From assembly GCF_009914755.1 (NCBI RefSeq), contig NC_060938.1: 64,000 nucleotides of DNA. One strand, given 5' to 3'. The position numbers were made by a program, and so were the translations under genes. Origin of the DNA: the human T2T-CHM13v2.0 reference genome, Homo sapiens. How positions within the stretch are numbered: the stretch's first letter is position 1; the number at the start of each line of letters is the position of its first letter. Positions 27,501 to 41,642 of this stretch are shown here, piece after piece. Below the pieces are notes generated by a model that made no database searches, had not been told where the DNA came from, and saw only the letters and a program-made list of their open reading frames with translations.

Positions 27501-30500
27501 AACCTTGCCCCACCCCCCACATTACTATCCAGGAGAGATGCAATAGAGCATCCCCTTTCTCCTCCCAACTGTGCTTGAAAATTTCAGGCCCAGAATGGCG
27601 ATCAGCTGGAAGAAAAATCCCTTTTAAAAATCAACAGTACTCCATGCTGTGTGCTAGATGTTCTGAGGTTCCCCAAAAAAATAAGCAAAATGAGATAGTG
27701 CAGTGAATAGAAATTAAATAATACTGACAAATGACTGGAAGAATTTCAAAAGGAAGGGCTCAGCGTGAGTTAGGGTTCCCAGGAAAGGCTTCGGCCAGAT
27801 CCAGGTGTACACACATGGAAAGGGGAGACAACTATTCCAAGAAAGAAAAACAATGGTAGAAAAAGTCGGTAGGGAATGTTTGATACATGTTCTGGTGATA
27901 GAGGTCTCAGACAGAGCAACAAAAAGAAACAGGCAGGAAGATAGACCAGACAGCACACAGAGATCCCTAAATATACCGAGAGTATATAAAAGAGATAAAG
28001 ATATTTTAAGAAATGCTTCTGAACCTTGAACTGTTGGCTCCTCTAATTTCCTGATTTAAATCTCTGATTCCTTGTTTTAACATTTAATTTCTTCTTCGCT
28101 TTTGGTTTGTTGTATTTTCACTTTGCACCATCAATTCTTTTGAATTTCAAAAATAACTTCAGCTTCCTGAGGCCAGCTTGACAGTTCATTTAGGAGATCC
28201 TACGTAACCTACTACTTATAGTATTGCTTCTGTGAACCCTGAGTCGGGAGATGCAGCTGGTCCAAAGGTTGTTATTTTAACAACCAAGGTTAATTTTTCT
28301 TCCTCAACATAGGAACATCCTCAGGGAGGCTTTTCACCTGAGGGGTTAGCTGAGTGCTCTGGACATACTAAATTCTCATGGTGGCCACTGGACTATAGCG
28401 ACACTCAACTAACTCTATTTTATGGGTTTCCTTCATTACATTAGCATTTGAGACTTAGAGCTGCTTCACGTTCATTTTCTCAAAAGAAAATTTAAAGGGA
28501 GGAGAAGGGAATTTGCAGTGTTCCACAGCTGACCTGGGCAAAGTGAACATCATCTGGGTTCATCTGGGTTCTGTCTATGACTCTTGGAATTAATGAATTC
28601 CTGAAGCTTCAGTGCTGTCTGCCTGAGACTTTTGGTGTGAAATTCCTACATAGCTGTGAAAACATCATTAAATGTCAGTCTTCAAGAAAAACTTGGACAA
28701 CCCACAAAATTATCTATGCCATCAATCCTTTCCTCTTTCCAAATACCTTAAAGTGTCTCATGTTAAAGGAAAACAAGAATTTGACTGTAACCAATATCTA
28801 GAACTGTTCATCAGAAGTCTCGTGAACATAAAAATAAAAGAAAAACACAGAGTACCTTAAATTCTTTTTAGGCTAGCACCTGCTTTTCTTTAGGCTTGGC
28901 CAGTTCTCTTTCTGACTTTTGGTTCTAATGAATTCTGTGTTTGTAGTTCACAGTGCACATCTGCGAGAACAGTTGGGAATGAGCAGCAGGATGGAAGTCT
29001 ATTCATTTTTGGGTATTTAACCTATTTATAACCTACGTCATGCTAAAAAGAGGATTTGGAGTTTCTAGCACAAATAGGTACGATACAGCAGGATATAAAT
29101 ACATAAGAGGAAAACTCAGGCAATACGTGCATTTAAAACCTACTAAAATCCTGAGTTTGTTGAATCCTTTACCACAAGCATATAGATATTCTTCCCTAGA
29201 AATTCCCAACTACTACAAATCCACAAGTAACCAACAACTCAAATGGAAAGATCTATGAATAAAAAAAATTATCAGGCTTAAAAGGCATCCTCTTATGTGT
29301 TCATTTCTCTTATGTTCAGTTTCTTTTACATGTTCATCCTCACAAGGCAGAGATCATTATCTCTGCTTTAAACTCTAGCACCAGGGTGTCTTAGCTAATG
29401 TGAAAAAAAAAAAAAGAGGTCTGCACCCAAGTCTTTGCTTCTCTTGTCTAGGAAAAATAATTCCATTCTTTCCAGAGAAAGAGTGAATGGCATTACTCTC
29501 TAATTCAGAAACCCTGGGTACCATCTTGGGGATGGAAGGACTCCCAGGCGTCTGGCTGATACCTACTTGAAGAAGCTCCTACTGAGAGAAGCCCACTCAT
29601 CCTGGATACAGGTGTCTGAGTATACACCTCCATGGTCCAGATTCAGGAGTCTGTAATGTGACCATGAGCTTTCCGGGAAAATTAAATCATGAATATTGAC
29701 TTTGTTTGATCTCTATATGATTATAAAAAGCTGAGGGTTTTTTTTAAGACACATTAATCCAACACATGAAAGATCATTAAAAGTAATGTACATTTTTGCT
29801 CATGGGGATTCCATTCACAATGTACAGCAACACTTCTGAAAATGCTCTTTCTCCATCTCCCTACATAAACAGAAGCTGCCTCACCCCTGGGGCACAACCA
29901 GTAGATTCGGTTTAAGACAGTTGTTTTATAGGGGTAGCATCCAGGTATCAATAATTTTTATAGCTCTCTAGGAGTTCTAAGAAATGGATTCCACTGGCAG
30001 CCAAGATTGAGAGCAGTCATCTGGGGGCTTTAGCCAATCTACCATCTCTCTTTGTGCTGGTTACATTGGGCTGAGGTTTCTTTCCTTCCACTCATTCCAT
30101 ACACATACTTAATTATGTTAGTCTTGGCAGCTTCGAGCAAACCTTTAGGCCATAGCTTAACATGTTATACATCAAAATACACTGACATTTGTTGCAATGA
30201 GGAGCTGTTTGAAATCTCACACTTCCCACTATTTTTTGCAAAGCATCTTTTCCTTGCTGCCACAATCTGTGTTGCACTATATTAAGTAGTCAATCTTAGC
30301 TACATGTTAAGTGTTTTAAATGGATAATAAGAAAAAAGGAGGAAGAGAAGAGAGTGCTGACATATTTTAGGGCTAAGGGTCTCACTTCCTCACAGTCAAG
30401 TGCTCTGTTTCCAGAAGGCCTACTTCCCACACTTAGGCTGCAATGCATTATACCCTCCTACCAATTCAAAACACATGCATCTTATGTTCCTCTCCCTTTC

Positions 30501-31542
30501 ATCTTGCCAAATTAGCAGCTAATGAACCTGATAAATTAATCCCTTACAGTGCATAATAAATGATAATGTTTTAATGAGTTGTTCTACCCAGATAGCAGTT
30601 CTGCATTTTTCTAAGGCCTTCTGAAGACACGTATCAATGCAAAGGAAGGCTCTAATATTGGAAAGCAGGCGCTGTGTGAGGACAGCAAGGCTGATATAAA
30701 TTAGAGGATCAGACAGCGCATCCTTGAAGTCACACCTCAAATGAGATGGCTGCCCACTCAAAGCAAGCCCTGGTGATAAGTGATAATTCAGTCCCTCACT
30801 ATAGAATTGCTCAGCCACTGACCTCACATTTATGAGACCACACTCTGCCCCATGACTATGTATCTCTTTATCTGTCAGCCTCTCACTATTTTCAGAACAT
30901 ACAGCACACACTTTGTAGGTGCTCAATGAATATCTGGTTAAAAGATAGATACATGAGTGCTCCCCTCCATTCCTCTGTTTTACACAAACATCCCTAGACC
31001 ATTCATTGAGCATCATGTTTGTTAAGGATTTCTAGAGAAAAATATACCACTTCCTCAATCAAGTGTCCATTCCAATGTTAGATGTAGACTTTTGAAAAAA
31101 TAAAGACAGCTATAATAATTCTCAATTAACAAACCAATAGATTTATCCACCTGGAACATCAATCAAATTCTAAAGTAGACAAAAATGGTCTCTTCTTGAG
31201 ATGGAACAATGCCACCCTCAAGCTCTCATCCAGAACTCATGAACTCAAACCAAATAAAGATAATAATTTAACAAGATTGATCATGGGATTCTTAGAGGAT
31301 AGAAGAGACATAGATGTGTATCACCAACAAGAGAAGAAAATAGAACAACACAGAAACCATGCATGACACACGTGGTAACTGCCCTCTGGCTCCATCCATT
31401 CCACCCATCATGTGATCACATTCTCCTTGCCAACAATTGTTCAGAAATGGGCATGTGACCTAATCTCAGCCAAGCAGGGGCATGATATAGTCTACTGGGG
31501 GATTCTCGAAAGGCTGCCTCTCTCTTAAGAAAGAAGTACAGT

Positions 31543-32288
<746 letters not shown>

Positions 32289-33758
32289 TCAACACACCAA
32301 GGATAGTAGTAGAGCAAAATGGGAAAAACTTGTGTCACTGCTGACAACTGGGGTTCTGCATCAATAGACCCAGGAGCTTTATTTCTGGACTTCTTGTTTT
32401 GAGGGGAAAAAAATGTATTTCTTCATTCTATAAACCAATTTAAGTTAGGATTTCTATAATCTATAACTGAAGGCATTCTAACAAATAAAGGAAGAATAAA
32501 GAAATGAATCACCAGGTATTAATTATATTGGAAATAAACATTAAAATGGATATGTTGATTCATCTTTGGTCATACTGATTTTTACACTTTAAAGATGATA
32601 ATTGTGTGATTTATTATAGCAACAGGATAAGAAGTGGTGTGGGTCACAGTGTCTGCTCTCTGTACAGGTTCTTGTTAATAAATCTGAAAATGAACCTGTT
32701 AGATGAAAGAAGAAATTAATTCTGCATATGTGAATAGAGAGCTTCCTATATGCTACTAGCGTTTGACCCATCAGTCAATACACCTCAATCAAAACATGGA
32801 ACTTTCACTCCTGATGCTCTCTATCCCAGCAACACACAGTTCACTCCACAGTCACAATTCCCTGCAGCAAGATGAAGAAACTAAGTTCTCTCCCTCCAAA
32901 GCTTCAGAGGCAATGCATATGTAACAGTGCAGAAAACAGAAGTACAGAGAATTTGAGGCCTGAATCTACTGCTTTGCCTTAGAAAGTCATCTATGTTCCT
33001 GCTCTTGGCACTTCACAGGAAATGAGACTATAATCTATTCCAAGAGTTTGCATTATTTTTAGTTCACTACCCACCTCAATCTGTTCATTTTTAAAAATTT
33101 ATATGGGTTTTAGCATTTGCTTTGGAATACCATTCATATTGTAAAAATGGAGGTGATAACCTATAAATAAAACAACCCCATTTAAAAATAGGAATGAAGC
33201 GGACAGCCAATTAAAGTGTTATCATATTAAATAGGATTACTTTTCAAAGGATCTCAGTGTTTGCATTTTTATTGATTCATTACAGGAAAAAGTATACGTA
33301 ATTTTACAATGTTTACGCTCTGAGCATAGCTGCCATGAGGCTCTGCTTTCAAAATGCTGCAAAACGCTGCTGCTCCTTAAATACCTATTGAAATCTGAAT
33401 CCATTCCCTATGGCTGCTATAACAAATTACCACAAACTTCAGATAACACAAATTTATTACCTTGCAGTTCTGGAGGTCAAAAGTCTGAAATGGGTCTCAC
33501 TGAGCTAAAACCAAGTTATTGGCAGGGTTGCATTCCTTCCAGAGGCGTTGGAGGAGAATCAGTTTCCTTGCCTTTTCCAGCTTCTAGAGGCTGACAGCAT
33601 TCCTTGGCTGATGGCTACATCACTCCGACCTCGCTCCCATCATCACATCTTCTTCTCTAACTCTGAACCTCCTACTTCCCTCTCATAAGAACCTTGTAAT
33701 TATAATGAGCCCACCCAATAATCCAGGATAACCTACCCATTCCAATTTAAAGATCCTT

Positions 33759-34439
33759 CCCTTTTTGTTTTTTTTTTTTTTTAGACAGGGTCTTACTCTG
33801 TCACCCAGGCTGGAATACAGTGGCATAATCATGGCTTATTCCAGCCTTAAACTCCTGGTGATATGGTTTGGGTGTGCCCCAACCCAAATCTCATCTTGAA
33901 TTGTAGTTCCCATAATCCCCATGTGTGCTGGGACGGACTTCGTGGGAGGTGCTTCAATTATGGGGGCAGTTTCCCCATGCTGTTCTCATAGTAATGAGGG
34001 AGTTCTCACAACATTTGATGATTTTATAGGGGGCTTTTACCCCACTGCAATTTTCCTCCCTGCTACCACCAGGTGAGGAAAGACATGTTTGCTTCCCCTT
34101 CTGCCATGATTGTAAATTTCCTGAGGCCTCCCCAGCCCTGCAGAACTGTGAGTCAATTAATCCTCTTTCCTTTATAAATTACCCAGTCTTGGGTATCTCT
34201 TCATAGCAGCATGACAACAAACTAATAATACACCTGGCCTAAGTGATCCTCCCACCTCAGCCTCCTGAGTAGCTGGGACTACAGGCACATACCACCCTCA
34301 GCTAACTTTCTGCAGTTTTTGTAGAGATGGAGTCTTGCTATGTTCCCCAGGCTGTCCTCAAACTCCTGGCCTCAAACAATCCTCCTGCCTCAGCCTCTTA
34401 AAGCACTGGGATTACAGGTGTGAGCCACTGTGCCCAGCC
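33759..34439 (-). mobile_element. AluJ split by a THE1 LTR
   Basis: Alu halves at 33759-33858 and 34233-34439; TSD TAAAGATCCTT at 33748 and 34440. Confidence 0.88.
33859..34232 (+). mobile_element. THE1 (C/D-like) solo LTR
   Basis: tgatatggtttgg...aaatctcatcttgaattgtagttcccataatcccc...actaataataca, with a 5-bp TSD CCTGG. Confidence 0.88.
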
Positions 34440-34995
34440 TAAAGATCCTTAATTTAATCAAATCAGTAAAGTCTCTTTTTCCATGTAGGGTAATTTATTC
34501 ACAGGTTCCAGATGTTAGGACATAGACATCTTCGGGGAGCCATTATCACAAAATCCATCACAAAGAAGGAAAGAGTTTCTACTATTTTACCTGACCTCAG
34601 AGTCTTTAGTAAACTGAACCATTTAATATTGATCCAGAAGTTGTTATTGGTTTTGAATTACTAGGAGATATTCCTGTCCTTCCGAGAAAAGGTTGGTGGG
34701 CTAACAAAATTCTAGACCCAGATACTCCTCAAACACAATCTTCTCAGTGAGAAGAACAGTCTGAAATATTTGTTCCTTGCTTTGGTTCCCAGGAAACCCA
34801 CAATGCTGAAAACATGTTGACAAAATGAATTTATTAGAAAAAGAAGCAACAGCAAAAAGTAAGAGACACCTAGAGAAATAGTAAATAATAAGAAAAAGTC
34901 TGATATATTTTTAAAACTCAGGATCTGGAGAAGTCATTTTTAAAAGAATAAAAAATTACTAAACTGGTATCACTAATTTAAGAAACTTAAGCTGT

Positions 34996-35299
<304 letters not shown>

Positions 35300-35404
35300 G
35301 AACTTTAGCTGTGCAAGGGGACTGAAATCAGGAGTCAGAACAGGAGGACAACAGAGCTTTTTGTCCTAAGCCTCAAGCCTGACAAGCCTTAAAATTTAAC
35401 TGCT

Positions 35405-35925
35405 ATTAGCCAAAACAGGGAACAACTCAGTTGTTCATCAACAGGTGACTAGATGAGCAAAACATGGTATATCCATACAATTGAATACTAGTCAGCTATA
35501 TATATGTGTGTGGATGTGTATGTGAGTGTGTGCATGTGTGTACATGTGTGTATGTTATATATAACAAAGAACAAACTACTGATACATACAACATAGTTGA
35601 ATCTCAAAATCTTTATGCTAAGTGATCTAAGCCAGACACAAAATGGTATATACCATATGATGTCATTTGTACAAAATTCTAGAAAATGCAAACTAATCTA
35701 TAGTGACCAAAGGCCAGTGGTTATCTGGGGTTGAGGACTGGAGGAGGGATGCACTGCAAAGGGGCATGAGGAATCACTGGTGGTGGGATGATGGAAATGC
35801 TCTGCGGCATGATTGTGATGGGGGTTGCATGGGTGTATACAACTCTCAAAACTCATCAAATCATAAGCTTTCAGTGGGTGCAATTGTGTATAATACATAC
35901 CTCAGTAAAGCTGATTCCTTAAAAA
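35405..35925 (+). mobile_element. Old L1M (ME/MB) 3' region with an embedded TG-rich microsatellite
   Basis: catggtatatccatacaattgaatact...aaattctagaaaatgcaaactaatctatagtgac...atacctcagtaaagctg. Confidence 0.78.
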
Positions 35926-37678
35926 CTTGACTCCTATTCAGTGGTAAATTTGCATTGAGGAGCATGATAATACCACAGCCCAAATGATCATTTTAGCCTT
36001 GATTCAGAGCCTCCTTATAGTTTTCTAAGACCCTCTAATTACTTATAATTACTCATAGATGGTAAGTCCACTTCATAAGTGGTGAGACTTCATTTCTTTG
36101 ATCACAATCCAGGGTAGATGCCATATGATGTTCCTAATTCTGTGCTAAGGCAACCCTGTCTCCCTCGCTCCTCTCTCCGGTAAAGTACTAGAGCATCTGA
36201 ATATCATCCCATCCATACTGAAAGGCTGTTTAACTGTACATGATACCTCCATAGTATAAAGCTGTGCACAACCCGAAGAGTCACTTTACGTGTAGATTTG
36301 TGTCTGTTTTTAACCTGTTCGGTATAAATTATCTTTGTATTTTGTATCTTATTTCATTCATTTCAAACCTGTTCATGTAGAACAGAAGCATTTCAGACTA
36401 AATATTCATTCACTTGTTCACAGACCAGAGATAATCTTATTTTGTGTTTGTTTTATAGTATTTTGATATTATAATGTTTTGATACCCTTATAAGTTTTTA
36501 CCAGTTTCATGTGACATGTTTTTAAAGTAATCATTGCCCAATGCATGCTGAATTTGGCCAGAAAGTAATTCAAGAAATCTTGTCTGTCCACTGGAAGCCC
36601 ATCCCTTACTATCTTCTCTCCTTCCTATAGCATATTACACAGGAAATCCCAGCTACATGTCAACTACAACCTGTATGCCAATCTATAGAGTGCAACTCCC
36701 AGAATTACATCCAGAGCAAAGGCCCAGACCAACTTACAAGTTTTCAATGACATATCCCCAAAACTAGTATTTGTACCAGTTTTTCTGACTCTTAACCCTA
36801 ACATCTGCCACACTGAAGGAATCAATGGGCCTAGCTGTTAAAGACTAGGAGCATTTTAGAGAAGAGTTTCCTTGGAGAAGAGATTAATTCACCTCAGGTC
36901 AAGGGAATAGGGCCTCAAGGAGTCACTGAGAGCTTAATAGCGTCTCCCCTGACAAGAGGAGAGGGACAGACTGGGGAGCTTCCCTGTCGATGTGGAAGGA
37001 AGTGCTGAGCTGAGGAGCGGCCTGCATCCTCCAAGTCTCTCACCACAAGCACGGGCCATGAATAAGAGAGAGTGAGCATGGAGTGGTCTGGCCACCCTAG
37101 CTGCTGAAATGAAATCGTGTTTGACAAGGTAATGCAGCCACAAGTCTGAACAGAAAAATCATGGGACTGCCCAACTGCTCACCCACAAGCAGGGGAAGAA
37201 CTTCCCCTAGGTAATAGATTCCCAAAGGACAGAGCGGAACAAAAAATGCATTTGTTCTTCGACTCTGTCCCATGGTGCTGCTTGTCCAACATCCTGGTTA
37301 CACGTATCTCCTCCCTGTGCGGATGTCCTCCTAAAGCCTACAACTGTCTCCCAACTGGGAAGGAAAAACTGAATTTCTTCCAAACATCAGGCAACTGTAC
37401 TCATAATAGGCAGCTGGAGACTGTTTGGAGCCTGGCTACTTAAGGGCATAAATATAAACTCATCGAAGAAATAAGTGATCATTTTTAATTTTTAATTATC
37501 AGTTATTTCTTCGGTGAGTTTATACTTATATTCTTAACCACCCATAAATGTAGAAACCACCCATAAACAAAGAAAATCCATTTTTCTTTACAATAGATGG
37601 CAATGAAAGAAGGCTGTCATCTGAGAAATATAAAAGGAGGGGAGAAGGGAGGAAAAGGGAAATACACATGACTCTTAC

Positions 37679-37936
37679 CCAGGCCTTGATTCTGCTGTTC
37701 CCACTCGAGGGCATCTGGCACCTGGTAGGTAGCTCCCTCCAACAGGTCCATGTTTCCCTCCTCTAAGCCTGGTTCCTGGGATGTGATACCAGGGAGGGTA
37801 AAACCTGGCAGCTCAGTGTCACCATCCAAGCCCTCATCCAGCGAGTCTGCATCTTTATCTTCCTCATCTTCTTCCTCATCTTCCTCTTCTTCATCTTCAT
37901 CTTCTTCATCCTCTTCATCCTCATCTTCTTCTCCCT
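37679..37936 (-). CDS. ARMH4: Internal coding exon of ARMH4 (C14orf37) encoding the Glu/Asp-rich segment; 258 nt, phase 1-1
   Basis: On the minus strand a polypyrimidine tract and acceptor (tttctttttgcctag|AG GGA GAA) open the exon, and a donor (GGC CTG G|gtaagagt) closes it. The open frame reads EGEEDEDEEDEEDEDEEEEDEEEDEEDKDADSLDEGLDGDTELPGFTLPGITSQEPGLEEGNMDLLEGATYQVPDALEWEQQNQGL, which I recall as ARMH4. The trailing G fits a following Val codon. Confidence 0.88.
37855..37932. repeat. Imperfect coding trinucleotide repeat (TCA/TCT/TCC)n, i.e. GAA/GAG/GAT acidic codons on the minus strand
   Basis: Directly visible in the sequence. It also explains the poly-Ser antisense ORF at 37750-37989. 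Confidence 0.9.
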
Positions 37937-38634
37937 CTAGGCAAAAAGAAATCAAAGGGAAGCATAAACATATAATGAGTTTATGCTGAAACAAATGAAT
38001 CCTTGGAAATGATCCAAACACTACAAAATAATTGTTTGGCCTTTTGAAACACATCTTTATAGCCAAAGTCAGACAATGTGAACTTTGCAGGATTATACAC
38101 CCACCATATGTCCTAGAGTTTAAACTTTCAAAACCATAGTTATGTCAGATAAGTATCAGGTATTATGTTTACTGGGAGTCAAAGTTCAAGTAATATGATT
38201 TGTTATTAAAGTTATTTATATTTACAAGGGTAGTAAACATCCCCTTGCTGTTTTCTGGAGATCATTAAAAGTTTATCAGTTAGCACACTGTGAAATACTA
38301 ACAGAACTTAAAAGAAGCTGTTCCCATCCCTTTATAGCTCATAATGTTAAAGGAGACAATTCATTATTTTGGCACAGCTTTTTCTATTCATCCACATCAG
38401 TGAGTAGAACTCACAAAAATGGTAAGTGAGGAGCACATAAATTCACTCTTGGATCTTGTTCTCTCTAAGGAAGAGTAATCCAAGAAACTGGAAATAATTG
38501 CATCAACATTCTCAATCCAACTCTAAAGGAATTGGGAAGTGGGATATTCACCAGGAGTGGTCAGAAAGGCAGCACATTAAAAATTACCATTATCTTCATT
38601 GTAAGAGTTAACATTCACAATTCGTCGTTTTCTT

Positions 38635-38823
38635 GATTTTTTTTTTTTATTTTTTATTTTTTATTTATTTATTTTTGAGACGGAGTCTTGCTCTGTCACC
38701 CAGGCTGGAGTGCAGTGGCATGATCATGGTTCACCACAGTCTCAGACTCCTGGACTCAAGCCATCCTCCTCCCTCGGCCTCCCACAATGCTAGTATTATA
38801 GGCGTGAGCCATGGCACTTCACC
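38635..38823 (-). mobile_element. Alu monomer (FAM/FRAM-like or arm-recombined AluJ)
   Basis: A single Alu arm of about 150 nt after a T-rich tail. Confidence 0.8.
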
Positions 38824-39271
38824 ACAAGTTGTCATTTTCAATGCTCCAAGTGGAGTGGGTTTAAGGAACATATGATTCCCAATTTCATTTTGTTTCACCA
38901 ATGTTAATTTCCTAGTAATACTTCAAGGCCCCATCCTCACCATGGATGCACCTCTGAAGCCCCTGGTAAGTGCCCACAAAGTTCACAGAAGGCCTTCCCT
39001 TTGCTCTCTCCCCTTGACTCTCGGCACAGCAGTTACTGCAACAGGTAATTCTCCTCCTATGGTGGAGAAAAGAAGGGAAGAAGAAGAACTGGAGCCACCC
39101 AAGAACTGTGAGACTCTCCTTTTCTGCTTCTACACAACTTTCTCCACCCATACTACCTTTCCTCTATCATTCAGAGGCTTTTTAACTTTTAAAAAAAATC
39201 ACCTTTAATCTTTTTTTTATTCTTCTATGTCCTTTAACTTTGTAGGATTAATGTCTGTCACTATTCTAAAA

Positions 39272-41600
39272 ATTCAACAAATATGTATCAACCCCCTAAC
39301 GGGTGCCGTTGCAGACACTAGGGATAAAAGCAATAACGTCTCTGCCTTCGTGGAGCCCATGTGCCACCCAGGGAGACTCACAGCAAACAAACAGATACAC
39401 CAATAGGCAGGTGACTCTACACTCTCATTAAAACTGGCAAGAAGATAGAAAACGCCAGGCACTGCTATTTTAGAAAGGGTGATTAAAGAAAGCTTTTCTG
39501 ACAAGGTAAAGTTTGAACAGAGGCCACACCAAAATAATGTATTCTTTTGTTTAATTTAAGTCAACATCTACAGGAAGAGCATTCCCAGTGGAGGAAATGG
39601 CAAGGACCTAATCCTTGAGGCAGGTGTGGCCTTGCTGTGTTCAAACAATGGCAAAGAAGCCTGGGCTGGGAGGCACAGGGCAAATACAGGAAATGAGGTA
39701 GGAAGAAGTAGGCAGGGGCCAGATCTGACTTTTTTTTTTTTTAAGTCTTTTATTTATTTCAATAGGTTTTTTGGGAACAGGTAGTACTGACTTATATTTT
39801 TAAAGAATGACTCTAGCAGCAGGGTGGAGAACAGGCTATATCAAAGCAAGAGATGAAAAAAGAAGGCTGACAAGGAGTCCACTTAAAAACCAGGAATAGA
39901 TTATGGTGCTTTGGACTAGGGTACAATCTGGAAAGAGGAGAGAGGTAGTCATATCGGGGATGTAATTTCAAGGTAGAACCCTGCTGATAAGTACAATGTG
40001 AGATGCAGGAGGAAGATCCCACATGACTGAAAACGGGATCTAAAAGATAAGGAGTCAAAACAAGAATTTGCATTTGAGATACAGTAACTGTGTGATGGCC
40101 TATGGCATCCAAGGGAATGTTGGAAGTCTAGGGAAGTTTCAAAGCTAGAGATAAATTTTGGGAATTGTCAATTTATTAATAATATTCAAAGCCTTGAGAC
40201 TGGCTGAGATTATCAAGAAGGTGAATATAGACAGAAAGGGAAATGGTCCAGACCACATTCCCGGGCAAAGCCACCACTTAGAGGGTGACCAGCAGAGGAA
40301 GATCCACACAGGAAACAGGAGTAACCACCAGGGTGGGAGAAAATCCAAGAAGTGTGTGGTGTCAGGGAAGGCAAATGAAGAAAGCGTCTCCAAGGGCCCG
40401 AGTAAGAGACTGAGGGTGTCCCTCTGGCTTGGACATTGGGAGGGCACGGGGGACCTTGACAAAAGTTGTTTTGGAGGAATGATATAGACAAAGGCCAGGT
40501 TGGAGTGGTTCAAAAAAAGATTAGAAAAGAAGACACAACAAACAAACAAAAAATTCTTACCAGAAATTTGGCTAAAAGGAGAACAGAGAAAATAGGGGGC
40601 AGGTGGAGAGAGACACAGGGTCAAGGGTAGGGTCTTAAAATAGAATATAGAAAATAGAACCTGCTTGTAAGTTAATGGGTCAGATCTCATCGAAAGGGGC
40701 AATCAATGAGGCAGGAAAGACAGAAGCAGCTGCGGGAGAATATCCTGGGAGACATGGTATTATACAGTGGCTGCATGCATAGACTCTGAAGCCACACAAA
40801 TTTATTACGGCTGTGTGATTTTTGCACACGTTGCTGAATTTTGCTGTGCCTCAACCTCCTCGTCTGTAAAACTGATATTATTCCTACCTCACAAGGCTGT
40901 TGTAAGGATTTCATTAGTTAATTTATAAGGTACTTAAAACTAAGCCTGGTGCATACTGGACAGGTTGGCTTCTTCATAATGACTAAAAGAAGACAAGGTC
41001 CAGTGCACAGGCTGGTTTGGATACATCCTCCCCTGAAACGGTAGGAAAAAGGGAAGGCAGAGAAACAGGCATGGTGCAGGAAGGTGGGCAGATTTGGTGG
41101 GTAGGGGATCTTTATATTTCTTTTATTCTCGGTCAAATAAAAAAACTGGAAAGGAAAAGAGAAATGTTGGTGGTTTGAGGTGAGAGGAAAAAGCGTGAAA
41201 TAGTCGTCTTGGAGAGTAGGCGAGTACATTCTCAGAGAAATGGGGCAGGACTGCCAGGCAGCCCTCTAGGCCCACTTCAGATGTGACATCATATATCTAA
41301 AGTGAGACCTGTTAAGATGGTTGTGAGTTTTTCTCAAGCCACATTCAGCTGCTTGGGCGCAGGCATGGGTGGAGAGGTGAGTAGGCACAGAGATTTAACC
41401 AGCAGCAAGTTTTACCAGAAGAGCTCAATTGAGAGTGTGAGGGATAGAGAGAGGGTAAGAAAGGGTACTGATTGTGTGTGAAGGAGTAATTATAAAGATG
41501 GACCAGGGACTCTAATTAAAGAGAAGTTGAAAAAGAGGCTGGATAGAGGAAACATGATGGAAATTTAGGTTATTAGGAAAACTATCAGGAACCATTAAAA
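39272..41600 (-). mobile_element. Long degraded L2 (several fragments), with a MIR on the + strand at ~40755-40965
   Basis: L2 3' terminus ttcaacaaatatgtatcaa, followed by purine-rich antisense L2 body (gagactggctgagattatcaag, ggaccttgacaaaagttgttttggagg). Confidence 0.65.
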
Positions 41601-41642
41601 CTACCTGAGGACTTCCATGTCTTTATTTTAGATTCTTGACAG

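Larger units (their letters stand above)
33398..34560 (-). mobile_element. MLT1 (C/D-like) solo LTR hosting a nested AluJ and THE1
   Basis: gctgctataacaaattaccacaaac...ctcataagaaccttgtaattata, resuming after 34450 with aatttaatcaaatcagtaaagtctc. Confidence 0.8.

Noticed and set aside
30519-31016. 165-aa minus-strand ORF in mostly unique sequence
   Set aside because: It has no recognisable domain, partly overlaps an L2-like 3' end (~30850-30950), and lacks supporting exon signals.
37750-37989. Poly-serine ORF on the + strand
   Set aside because: It is the antisense shadow of the acidic exon's trinucleotide repeat.
37617-38066. The full 149-aa minus-strand ORF as a single-exon gene
   Set aside because: Only 37679-37936 is bounded by splice sites. 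The flanking residues come from intron sequence, including the polypyrimidine tract.
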